DNA of 64,000 nucleotides, taken from contig NC_086108.1 in NCBI RefSeq assembly GCF_963921235.1, forward strand, positions 43,898,001-43,962,000, read 5' to 3'. The position numbers and the translations under genes are program-made. Below the pieces are notes generated by a model. It was not told the DNA's origin, did not search any database, and saw only the letters and a list, made by a program, of their open reading frames with translations. Source of the stretch: Mobula hypostoma. Its lineage: Eukaryota. Shown piece after piece: positions 39,629 to 51,073 of the stretch (positions are counted from its first letter, which is position 1; each line of letters begins with the position of its first letter).

Positions 39629-40587
39629 ACCAGAGGCACCAGAGGGGAGGCGTTGAGCTAAAAATGGTTGGGAAACACTGATTTAGAGGATGAACTAAAT
39701 ACCAATTTTTGCCAATAGTGGGCTGCTGGAGGCCAGCAGGAGGAGTCCACATTTTGCTGCTTTGACAACCTCTAGGAGTCCATAAAAGTTGATCATTAGC
39801 TAAGTTGGGTGGTAGACATTGTACCTTTTTCACCTTTGTTTTTTATTTGGAATAATTCCTGGAGTGATAGCTTTTAGTTATGTCTTAGACTTCACTAATT
39901 TCTTAGAGTCAATTTCGTCTCCCAATTCTTCCTTCGTATAAGATCATTATAATCCACTTAGTGATGTTTCATGCCATCTAGTACTTAACAGTTTACTGAT
40001 AGCTTATCTGCTTCAAAAAAACTTTATTTAAAAACTCCATTAAAAGAATCCACCCCCATAAAATTTACTTGGAAGTTAATGGGTGTTCAATCACTAGTGG
40101 CCATGGGTTTTTGTTTTGTGCTTGATGTATGCTGATCATGTGACCATAAGAAATGTAAATAAGAATTTACATAGCCCTTTGAACTTTTCTGCCATTCAGT
40201 AAGATTACAACTAATATGATTTTTGGACAAAGGTGCATAAAAATACGCCCACATATTCCTTATATCAATGAACATAAAGGACATTAGTTCTCTTAACTGT
40301 GTTGTGGATTGCAGACATGGTTGTGATTTAAAATTACTCATTTAATGTATGAAGTTACAATATTGTGTATTTGCATTGCTGCACTTCAAACCAACATAGA
40401 AATACAGCATCATCAATGTGTGTGTATATACATACATGTGTACGTCAATTTTGGGATAACTTGACAGGATCAATTGAGAAAAATAAGTTGGCTTTAAATC
40501 TAATTTCCAGAATTTCAAGTTGCAATTTTTAAAAAAATGTTCAATTAATTATCACGGAGAGGTCAGGAGACAGCGAGCGATAAAGTG

Positions 40588-40688
40588 ACACACATAAAAA
40601 TTGCTGGTGAACGCAGCAGGCCAGGCATCATCTATAGGAAGAGGTACAGTCGACGTTTCGGCCGAAACCCTTCATCAGGGTTAACTGG
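40588..40688 (-). mobile_element. Penelope-like tail fragment with hammerhead core (40648-40682)
   Basis: Minus strand AACC-CUGAUGA-AGGGUUUCGGCC-GAAAC-GUC-GACU followed by the family tail. Confidence 0.75.
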
Positions 40689-41001
40689 ACCTTAAATTGA
40701 CCTTGGATTAATGAGGGAATACTTCTGTAATGATTGGAAAAAGTTTTGAAATTATCTAATTGGACCAGTTGTCTGTTTTGAAAATAGCTGAATCCACATT
40801 AATGGGTTGGTAGACACTCCTGCTTCTGAAGATAAGGTTGTGGGTTTGAGATTCTGAGCACATCGTCCAAGGTGACGTATTCTGCATGACTGAGAAAGAG
40901 CTGCACTGTTGGAGATACCGTCATTCTCAGAGGTGATGCTGAAATAACATGTTCGATTGCAAAACCGTGTGAACGATAAAGTCCTCATTTTTATTTGTAA
41001 T
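40689..41001 (+). repeat. 313-bp direct duplication, copy 1 (contains a decayed SINE-like segment)
   Basis: Near-identical to 44712-45024 (accttaaattgaccttgg...cctcatttttatttgtaat). Confidence 0.9.
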
Positions 41002-41972
41002 AGGTATCTGTAGTTTCCCAAAGCAAAGAATGAAAACCATTAAAGTGATTGCAAGCCAAAAACAAGAGCTGCAATAGAGGGTGGAGGTGCTTACTTCTGC
41101 TCAAGCAGACCTCCAAACCAATGAATGCAATGATTCCTTCAATTCCAGAAGGTTGTGTTTGTATAAAACATTTTGTTGAATTATAAAGGTTGAATGAGAC
41201 TTCAAGTTTATAAAATATAACACATTAGTAAATTTAAGGTTACAATGGAATAGCTGCTTTTTTCCCTGTGCCATCAGATTTCTGAATGGACATTATATCC
41301 TTGAACACTAAATCATTACTTTCTATTTCTCTTTTTGAACTACTTACTTAATTTTACTTTTTAAATACCTATATACTTTAATTTACATTTTTTGTTATTG
41401 TGTATTGCATTGTAAGATAAGATCTTAACATAAGCAAGATCTTCTGGATATGGTTCAAGATCTTGAGAAACTTATACTGAGACCAGACAGCATCCATCAG
41501 AATAGAAGGAGAAGTGAGTGAGTATGTGAATATCATGAGAAGAGTCAGGCAAGGTTGTGTCTTTTCGCCAGACTTATTCAACCTGTATAGTGAAAATATC
41601 TTGAGAAGTATCAAAGACATCAAAGGATTCACAATTGGAGGCCATAATGTAAATAACATCAGATATGCTGATGACATTGTACTAATAGTTGACTCACAAA
41701 CAAAACTTCAAGAACTACTCACTATAGTGGCAGCAGAAAGTAATCGCAGAGGCCTCTCAATCAACACCAGGAAGACAGAAAGCATGGTCATCTCCAGAAA
41801 GACAAACATCTCACAATGTGTGATCAAGATTGGAAATACAAACATCAAACAAGTCATCAAATTCAGATATCTTGGCAGCCTAATAACAAGTAATGGCAGG
41901 TGCAACACAGATATCAAATACAGAATAGCAATGGCGAAAGAAGCTTTCCAAAAGATGAAGACCATATTAACA

Positions 41973-44120
41973 CACCTCTACCTTGCCGAGGCACAGCGAC
42001 AACTCGCGGATACCTCCTCTTATTTACCCCTCGATAGTGACCCCACTAAGGAGCACCAGGCCATTGTCTCCCACACCATCACTGACTTTATCCGCTCAGG
42101 GGATCTCCCATCCACTGCTACCAACCTTATAGTTCCCACACCCCGCACTTCCCGGTTCTACCTCCTACCCAAGATCCACAAACCTGCCTGTCCTGGCCGA
42201 CCTATTGTCTCAGCTTGCTCCTGCCCCACCGAACTCGTTTCTGCATACCTCGACACGGTTTTATCACCCCTTGTTCAATCCCTTCCGACCTATGTTCGTG
42301 ACACTTCTCATGCTCTTAAACTTTTCGATGTTTTAAGTTCCCTGGCCCCCACCGCTTTATTTTCACCATGGATGTCCAGTCCTCATATACTTCCATCCCC
42401 CATCAGGATGGTCTCAAAGCTCTACGCCTCTTTTTGGATTCCAGACCTAATCAGTTCCCCTCTACCACGACTCTGCTCCGTCTAGCGGAATTAGTCCTTA
42501 CTCTTAATAATTTCTCCTTTGGCTCCTCCCACTTCCTCCAAACTAAAGGTGTAGCTATGGGCACCCGTATGGGTCCTAGCTATGCCTGCCTTTTTGTTGG
42601 GTTTGTGGAACAATCCATGTTCCGTGCCTATTCTGGTATCTGTCCCCCACTTTTCCTTCGCTACATCGACGACTGCATTGGCGCTGCTTCCTGCACGCAT
42701 GCAGAACTCGTTGACTTTATTAACTTTGCCTCCAACTTTCACCCTGCCCTCAAGTTTACCTGGTCCATTTCCGACACCTCCCTCCCCTTTCTAGATCTTT
42801 CTGTCTCTGTCTCTGGAGACAGCTTATCCACTGATGTCTACTATAAGCCTACTGACTCTCACAGCTATCTGGACTATTCCTCTTCTCACCCTGTCTCTTG
42901 CAAAAACGCCATCCCCTTCTGGCAATTCCAACGTCTCCGCCGCATCTGCTCTCAGGATGAGGCTTTTCATTCTAGGACGAGGGAGATGTCTTCCTTTTTT
43001 AAAGAAAGGGGCTTCCCTTCCTCCACTATCAACTCTGCTCTTAAACGCATCTCCCCCATTTCACGTACATCTGCTCTCACTCCATCCTCCCGCCACCCCA
43101 CTAGGAATAGGTTTCCCCTGGTCCTCACCTACCACCCCACCAGCCTCCGGGTCCAACATATTATTCTCCGTAACTTCTGCCACCTCCAACGGGATCCCAC
43201 CACTAAGTACATCTTTCCCTCCCCCCACCCCCCGCTTTCCACAGAGATCGCTCCCTACACGACTCCCTTGTCCATTCGTCCCCCCCATCCCTCCCCACTG
43301 ATCTCCCTCCTGGCACTTATCTGTGTAAGCGGAACAAGTGCTACACATGCCCTTACACTTCCTCCCTTACCACCATTCAGGGCCCCAAACAGTCCTTCCA
43401 GGTGAGGCAACACTTCACCTGTGAGTCAACTGGGGTGATATACTGCGTCCGGTGCTCCCGATGTGGCCTTTTATATATTGGCGAGACCCGACGCAGACTG
43501 GGAGACCGCTTTGCTGAACATCCACACTCTGTCCGCCAGAGAAAGCAGGATCTCCCAGTGGCCATACATTTTAATTCCACATCCCATTCCCATTCTGACA
43601 TGTCTATCCACGGCCTCCTCTACTGTAAAGATGAAGCCACACTCAGGTTGGAGGAACAACACCTTATATTCCGTCTGGGTAGCCTCCGACCTGATGGCTT
43701 GAACATCGACTTCTCTAACTTCCGCTAAGGCCCCACCTCCCCCTCGTACCCCATCTGTTACTTATTTTTATGCACACATTCTTTCTCTCACTCTCCTTTT
43801 TCTCCCTCTGTCCCTCTGAACATACCTCTTGCCCATCCTTTGGGTCCCCCCCCCTTGTCTTTCTTCCCGGACCTCCTGTCCCATGATCCTCTCGTATCCC
43901 CTTTTGCCTATCACCTGTCCAGCTCTTGGCTCCATCCCTCCCCCTCCTGTCTTCTCCTATCATTTTGGATCTCCCCCTCCCCCTCCAACTTTCAAATCCC
44001 TTACTCACTCTTCCTTCAGTTAGTCCTGACGAAGGGTCTCGGCCTGAAATGTTGACTGCACCTCTTCCTACAGATGCTGCCTGGCCTGTTGCGTTCACCA
44101 GCAACTTTGATGTGTGTTGC
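41973..44120 (+). mobile_element. Penelope-like element (RT plus Cys-rich linker plus GIY-YIG; probably Neptune-like), 5'-truncated, two frameshifts
   Basis: FYLLPKIHK, GRPIVS, DVQSSYTSIP, GVAMG, RYIDD, LPFLDL, linker CKRNKCYTC, VIYCVRCSRCGLLYIGET; TSD TTAACA (41967-41972 / 44121-44126). Confidence 0.93.
44022..44057 (+). ncRNA. Minimal hammerhead motif with two CpG-type transitions
   Basis: AGUC-CUGACGA-AGGGUCUCGGCCU-GAAAU-GUU-GACU. Confidence 0.68.
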
Positions 44121-44711
44121 TTAACAGACAGAAAGATGAGCACATACACTAAAAACAGAATACTGCAGTGCTACATTTATTTTATCCTGACTTACGGAAG
44201 TGAATGCTGGACCATTTCTCCAGCAATGGAAAAGAGACTAGAAGCAGCTGAATTATGGTTCTGCAGGAGAATGTTAAAAGTATCATGGACCACACACACA
44301 TCAAATGAAGAAGTTCTCAGAAGAGCCCAAGCAGTTCGATCACTCTTACCAACAATAAGAGAAAGACAACTCAGATTCCTAGGACACATCATGCGGAAAG
44401 ATGAGCTAGAAAAACTCATGCTCTCTGGAAAGAGCAAGAGGAGCAAACCTAGAGGAAGATCTCGGCTTATGTACATCAAAAGCCTAGCCAGGTGGTTACA
44501 CATCGAGGAAATGGAAGTTATTAAAAGAACGAAGGATAGATCTATATGGAAAACCATGGTCACCAACGTCCGCATCTGATATGGTACCTAGACAGACAGA
44601 CAGTGTTGCATTGTACTGCTGCATAACAGCAAATTTCATGACATATGCCAGCAATATTAACCTGAGATTCTGATTCTGACAATGAACTTATTGTATGTTC
44701 TTTGTGAAAGA

Positions 44712-45024
44712 ACCTTAAATTGACCTTGGATTAATGAGGGAATACTTTTGTAATGATTGGAAAAAGTTTTGAAATTACCTAATTAGACCAGTTGTCTGTT
44801 TTGAAAATAGCTAAATCCACATTAATGGGTTGGTAGACACTCCTGCTTCTGAAGATAAGGTTGTGATTTTGAGATTCTGAGCACATCGTCCAAGGTGACG
44901 TATTCTGCACGACTGAGAAAGAGCTGCACTGTTGGAGATACCGTCATTCTCAGAGGTGACGCTGAAATAACATGTTCGATTGCAAAACCGTGTGAACGAT
45001 AAAGTCCTCATTTTTATTTGTAAT
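44712..45024 (+). repeat. 313-bp direct duplication, copy 2
   Basis: Near-identical to 40689-41001 with a handful of substitutions. Confidence 0.9.
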
Positions 45025-46149
45025 TTGTAATTTTTATTTGTTATTTGCTGAAATAACATGTTCGGTCACATGATTGTGTTATTTGAAAAACAGCAGAATT
45101 CTTCCCAACCCTTTGCAGGTGGCGGTGGTTGGGGGGGGGGGGGGACCTACAATCATGGTCTAGTCATTTACTTCATTGCTATAGTTGATATTTCTCTGCA
45201 TAAATCAGCTGCTCCATTTACCGAATTAATAAACATATAACATCTTTTACTTGCTCTCAGAATGACCCAATATGTTATTGTCATTAAGAACTGTTGAAAT
45301 ATTGTCATTGTTGTAATACAGGAAACTGCAGTTACAGTTTTGTTCATCATTAAGATAATTGCAAAATAAATTCTCAAATCTTCAGCTGCTTAAGCTTTTA
45401 CCCAAATATCTCCAAACTTTATTATTCTGTGCTGTGCTGTCAGGCTTCTCATCTTCCACATTATATGAGCTGACAAAACCATGCTTGCACCTGCTGACCG
45501 ACATCCTGGCCTGGGATTGCTCCACTTTTAAACTTTCATCCTTGTTAACTGATCAATCAAAGGTTCATCCTTTGCCAAGCTCTAATGTCTGTCCACACAC
45601 AATTTTGATCTTTCAACATACCTTAATGAGCTGTAGCTGTGGCAGAACCTTAAGTATCTGGAAACCACCTTCGTAAACCACAAGAGCATTTGTTCTCACT
45701 CTCTTGCCTGCTCACTCGCGCTCTTTCTTTTGCTTTTAAATGATCTTCAAACTTTAAGTCCTGCTTCTCAAGCCAAGTTGTTGGGCATCTATTGTAGTAC
45801 TTCCTTGCATGATCTGGTGTCAAATGCAATTCCTGTGATGCTAAGATTACTTCCAAAGAACCTTATTTCATCCTTGATGCCAAACGCATCTTTCCTTGAC
45901 AATGTTCAGTTTCACTAAAGCCCAAAACTTCTCAGTACTTGAATTCCTCTAAATTGGATTTCACTAAATTTCACTGCAACTCTTGCTTTGGCTGGACTGA
46001 ATACAAATAAGAAGGCTCTCACAACCTTATTAAACACAGTACAGGGCACTCGACCTATCATGTTGACATTAGCTCCCAGGAGAACAATCCCGTTGTCCAT
46101 ACTCCTTTCCTCATTTCCCTGTACCTCGCAACAAATTTTCTTTTTGTGT

Positions 46150-46390
46150 CATTAATTCCCCTTGGCTTCTTTTGCCATTTATCTACATGAAGTATTTTAT
46201 TTCCTGCAGCCAATTAACACACCAGCATGTCTTTACAATAAGTGAGGAAGCTAGAACACCAAGCAGAAAGCTGCATAATCATGGGGAGAATGTGCAAACT
46301 ACACAAATATCACATGAGCTCAGGATTAATCCCCAAGTCCCTGGAACTGTAAGGCAACGGCAGTATTTGCTGTACCATTATGCTGCACCC
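46150..46390 (-). mobile_element. Decayed tRNA-derived SINE (V-SINE-like)
   Basis: ggggagaatgtgcaaactacaca core-like segment followed by a reverse-complement tRNA-like head; by-eye similarity only. Confidence 0.45.
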
Positions 46391-46585
46391 ATTTTTTCTC
46401 TTGATCTAACACCGTTGCTTCTGAAATTTCATACCTGGGTATTGTCTATTACATTGCACATAAATATGCACGAAAATGGCAGGCAAATGTGAGGTACTGC
46501 ACTTTGGAAAGACAAATGTAAGAGAAAAGTGTGCAGTAAATGCAAGACCCTTAGGAGCATTAATGTACTCGGGCTTCTTGGGGTC

Positions 46586-48258
46586 TGTCTTATTTTTACG
46601 ATGAATGTCCAGTCCCTGTACTCCTCCATCCCCCACCAAGAAGGCCTCAAAGCTTTCCATTTCTTCCTGGACACCAGACCCAAATAGTTCCCCTCCTCTG
46701 CCTAGCGGAACTTGTCCTCACTCTAAATAATTTCTTCTTTGGCTCCTCCCACTTCCTTCAAATAAAAGTGGGAGCCATGGGCACTCACATGGGTCCCAGC
46801 TATGCATGCCTATTTGTTGGCTACGTGGAACAGTTTTTGTTCCAAGCCTACATTCCTATCCCGCTCTTTTCCTACATTACATTGAGGACTGCATTGGTGC
46901 TGCTTCCTGCACCCGTGCTGAACTTGTCGATTTCATCCACTTTGCCTCCAACTTCCACCCTGCCCTCAAATTCACCTGGTCCATTTCCGACACTTCCCTT
47001 CTCTTTCTCGATCTCACTGTCTCTATCTCCGGAGACAGCTGATCCACTGATGTCTATTATAAACGAACAAACTCTCACAGCTACCTGGACTATACTTCCT
47101 CCCACCCTGCTACTCATAAAAACGCCGTCCTCTTCTCTCAAATCCTCTGTCTCTGCTGCATCTGCTCTCAGGATGAGGCTTTTCATTCTCGAACGTAGGA
47201 GGTACCCTCCTTTTTCAAAGAAAGGGGTTTCCTTCCTCTACCATTAATGCTGCCCTCAACCACATCTCTTCCATTTCCCGCACGTCTACTCTTGCCCCAT
47301 CCTCCCACCACCCTACCAGGGATAGGCTTCCTCTTGTCCTCACCTACATACCACCAGCCTCTACATCCAGCACATAATTCTCCAATATTTCCGCCACCTC
47401 CGACAGGATCCCACCACCAAGCACATCTTTCCCTCTCCCCCCCCACCCACTTTCTGCTTTCCACAGGGATCGCTCCCTACGCGACACCCTTGTCCATTCG
47501 TCCCTCCTCACTGATCTCCCTCCTGGCCCTTATTCTTGCAAGCAGAACAAGTGCTACACCTGCCCCTACACCTCTTCCCTCACTACCATTCAGGGCCCCA
47601 AATAGTCCTTCCAGGTGAGGCGACACTTTGCCTGTGAGTCTGTTGGGGTTATGTACTGTGTTTGGTGCTCCCTGTGAGGCCTTGTGAGACCTGATGTGGA
47701 TTGGGAGACCGCTTTGCCGAGCATCTACGCTTTGACCACCAGAACAAGCAGGATCTCCCAGTGGCGACCCATTTTAATTCCATTCCCATTCCAATATGTC
47801 ATCCCTGGCCTCCTTCACTATCGTGACGAGGTAACATTTAGGTTGGAGGAACAACAACATGTTCCATTTGGGTTGCCTCAACCTGATGGCATGAACGTCA
47901 ATTTCTCAAATTTCTCATCGATTCCAGTATTTCCCATCCCCTTTCCACTCATGTTATCTCCTTGCCTGCCCATCACCTCCCTCTGGTACTCCTTCCCCCC
48001 ACCCCACACCATTTTTTTCCCTTTCATGGCCTTCTGTCTCTTTCACCAATCAACTTCCCAGCTCTCTACTTCGTCCCTCCCCCTCCAAGTTTCACCTGTC
48101 ACCTGGTATTTCTCTCTCCCCTTCCCTGATCTTTCAAATCTATTCCTCAGCTTTATTTTCTCCAGTCCTGGCGAAGGGTCTTGGCCTGAAACGTCGACTG
48201 TGCTTTTTTCCGTAGATGCTGCCTGGCCTGCTGAGTTCCTCCAGCACTTTGTGTGTTG
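46586..48258 (+). mobile_element. Older Penelope-like element (RT-GIY-YIG remnant plus tail with mutated hammerhead at 48163-48200)
   Basis: Colinear degenerate similarity to 42355-44100 (GAMGTHMGPSYACLFVG, FASNFHPALKFTWSISD). Confidence 0.85.
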
Positions 48259-48372
48259 GTCTGGAGGAATGTTGTTTTGTTTGGCAGTTCACGTGTGTAC
48301 AGATGAATGACCATAAATTGAACTTGAGAGTATATAAGTCAGGAAGTTAAGTTGCAACACTAGAATTGGAAA

Positions 48373-48453
48373 CACTAGAAAATCTGCAGATGCTGGAAAT
48401 TCAAGCAACACACACAAAATACTGGCGGAATGCAGCAGGCCAGGCAGCACCAG
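48373..48453 (-). mobile_element. About 80-bp Penelope tail-end insertion
   Basis: aaatctgcagatgctggaaattcaagcaacacacac...gcagcaggccaggcagca flanked by 12-bp direct repeat TAGAATTGGAAA (48361-48372 / 48454-48465). Confidence 0.75.
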
Positions 48454-48477
48454 TAGAATTGGAAATGGTTTATTAGA

Positions 48478-49862
48478 CCATAAGACATAGGAGCAGAATT
48501 AGGCCTTCCGGCATATTGAATCTGCTGCACCTTTCGACCCTGGATGATTTATGTGCTCTCTCAACCCCATTCTGCTTTCTCCCTGTAAGTTGTCACCCAT
48601 ATTAATCAAGAGCCTATCAGCTATCACTTTAAATATACCTAATGACTTGGCCTCCAGAGTCGCCTGTGGCAATGACTTCCACAGAGTCACCACCCTCAGG
48701 CTAAAGAAATTCCTCCTCATCTCCATTCCAAAGGGATGTCTTTCTATTTTGAGGTCCTAGACTCTCGCAGTATTGGAAATATCCTCTCCACATCCACCTT
48801 GTCCAAGACTTTCAATATTCAGTAGGTTTTAATGAGACCCCCACCCCCACTTCTAAGTTCCAGTGAGTACAGCCCCAGAGCTATCAAACACTCCTCATAC
48901 ATTAACCTTTTCATTTGCAGGATAATTCTCAACAACCTCCTCTAGACCCTCTCCAGTGCCAATACATCCTCTCTGTCACACAGGTGAGAAACTGCTAGAA
49001 AGTTCAGCAGTCTAATGAACAAGGAGGCAATTAAAAGAGAGAGAGAATATGGCGCGAGCTAAGACACGAGCTGGGAAGCGACCATGGTAACAGCTCAGAG
49101 CGGTTGAGCTAATTGGTGCTGGAATTTTGGATTATAAAAAGTTGATCCTTCGGTCTGATAACGGCAGAGGAGACACGACACGAGAGAACTGGGGAAGCTA
49201 CCCGAGAAACCACTGGTGGAGTTTAAGACTACCACGAGGGTGGAGGCCACGGACCGATTAATTTCAACACGTGGTTACCAGTGTGGGTAAGAGCTTGCCT
49301 GTGGGCGTCTGCTGGTGGTGAACCTGTGCCATGGGTTAGTAGACTGTTCCCTAGAAGGGGCTCTGTCCATCTGTGTCTGTGTGGGGGTCATACGAAGTGA
49401 CTCTGAAGACTTCGGAAGCAAGAACAACTAAAGCTGCTAACTGGAACATCAACTCAATTAACTCTCTCTCTATCCATCAATTCAACTCGATGCAACACTA
49501 AGTGAACTGAACTGCTTAATCTTACCTGACACCTCCCGGACTATTATTTTTGTATCCACACACACATTTACGGAGATATGTATATAAAATAGTTTATAAC
49601 CTGTATTGTATTATTCAGTTTAATGATATTAATTCGTAGTAGTGATAAATATAGTCTTAATTTATAGTAAACCAGACTCCAGAGGTGTTCCATTTCTGCT
49701 GGTCCTTTTTAACCTGTCACGGGGTTCGTGACATCTCTTAGATGTGGGGCCCAAAACTGCTCACAATACTCCAAATGCAGTCTGACTAGTACCTTACAAA
49801 GTCTCAGCATTATGTCCATGTTTTTATATTCTAGTCCTCGTGAAATGAATACTAAAATTGCT
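48478..49862 (-). mobile_element. CR1 LINE 3' end, split by a solo LTR
   Basis: 3' end cataagacataggagcagaattaggcc; peptide EMRRNFFSLRVVTLWKSLP. Confidence 0.8.
48974..49733 (+). mobile_element. Solo LTR (family B, 3' part related to family A)
   Basis: TGTCAC...GTGACA termini, 4-bp TSD TCTC; shares ccagactcca...ccatttctgctgg...cggggt with family A. Confidence 0.88.
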
Positions 49863-49867
49863 ACCTA

Positions 49868-50780
49868 GTGAGCTTTCCAGGCTGTGCTGTCAAGGTGGCT
49901 GACCAGGACAGGCTATTGGTGATGTTCGCTCCTAGTAACATGAAGCTCTCAATCCTCTCAATCTCAATTATTGTCATGTCCCATCCCAAGATACAGTGGA
50001 AAGCTTGTCTTGCATACTGTTCAAACAGGTTACGTCATTACACATTCCATTAATGTGGTACAATGTAAAACACTAACAATGCAGAATAAGGCTACAGAGA
50101 AAATGCAGTGCAGGTAAGCATTGAGCAAGATCATAAGGCAGATTGTACATTGTGAGGTCAAAAACTCATTTTGTTATACTAGGTAACTACTTAATAGCTT
50201 ATAATGGCATGGTAGAAGCTGTCTTTGATTTTGGTGTATGTGCTTTCAGGCTTTTGTATCTTCTGCCTGGTGGAAGAGGGCAGAAGAGAGAATGTCCTGG
50301 GTCGGTGTGGTCTTTGATGATGAGGCAGCAAGAAGTATAGGCAGTCCGTGGAGGGAAGGCTGGTACCCATGATGTGCTGAACTGTGTCCACTACTGTCAG
50401 CAGTTCCTTGCAATCACATGGAATGCATTTGTCACATCAAGCCATTAATGTATCAAGATAAGATGCTTTCGATGGTGCATTAATAAAAATTAGTAAGGGT
50501 CAACGGGCATGCCAAATTTTCTTAGCCTTTTGAGGAAGTAAAGACACTAGTGAGCTTTCTTGACTGTGGTGTCAATGTGGTTGGAGAAGGACAGGCTAAT
50601 GGATGTTCACTCCTAGTAACTTGAAGCTCTCAACCTGAACATTAACGTAGAGAAGAGCACGTACACTGCCCAGGTTTTTGAAGTCAATGACCAGCTGTTT
50701 AGTTTTTCTGACATTAAGGGAAAGGTTGTTGTCCTGACAACGTGTTACTAAGCTCTCTATCCCCTTCCTGTACTCAAACT
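49868..50780 (-). mobile_element. Rex-like LINE remnant(s)
   Basis: Peptides CQDNNLSLNVRKTKQLVIDF and DTVQHIMGTSLPS. Confidence 0.65.
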
Positions 50781-51073
50781 GGTTAGACCACATTTGGAAT
50801 ATTGTATGCAGTTCTTGTCATCACTTTACATGAACAAACTTGGATCATCTTCTCTGGAGTACCAGAGCCTGAGGAGTGATCTGATGGAAGTATATAAAAA
50901 TATTGTGAGGCATAGATGGGGTAGATAGTCAGAGACCATTTCCCAGAATACTGGAGGGCAAAGTTTTAAGGTGAGAGGAGGAAAGTTTAAAGCAAATTTA
51001 CAAGGCAAATGTTTAGTTTACACGGACGATAGTAGATTCCAGGAACATTGCCTGCCTTTACAGAGAGCACTCG

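Larger units (their letters stand above)
34685..39680 (+). mobile_element. hAT (Charlie/Buster-like) DNA transposon with both TIRs and decayed transposase, hosting nested insertions
   Basis: TIRs CAGTGATTCCCAAC / GTTGGGAAACACTG; 8-bp TSD GTTTAGAG / ATTTAGAG (7 of 8 match); transposase peptides IQLEEST, LNMKLQGEN, LPSSYLVERGF. Confidence 0.9.
41415..44602 (+). mobile_element. RTE-clade LINE (5'-truncated), split by a Penelope-like element and itself inserted in a Rex-like 3' UTR
   Basis: RT peptides VRQGCVFSPDLFNLY, NIRYADD, YGSECWT, FLGHIMR; (AGAC)n tail; TSD TTGCATTGTA (41405-41414 / 44606-44615). Confidence 0.88.

Noticed and set aside
41514..42485. 323-aa ORF as a novel two-RT gene
   Set aside because: Chance in-frame junction of a truncated RTE and a truncated Penelope, explained by the TTAACA TSD; the ORF runs out of frame near 42330.
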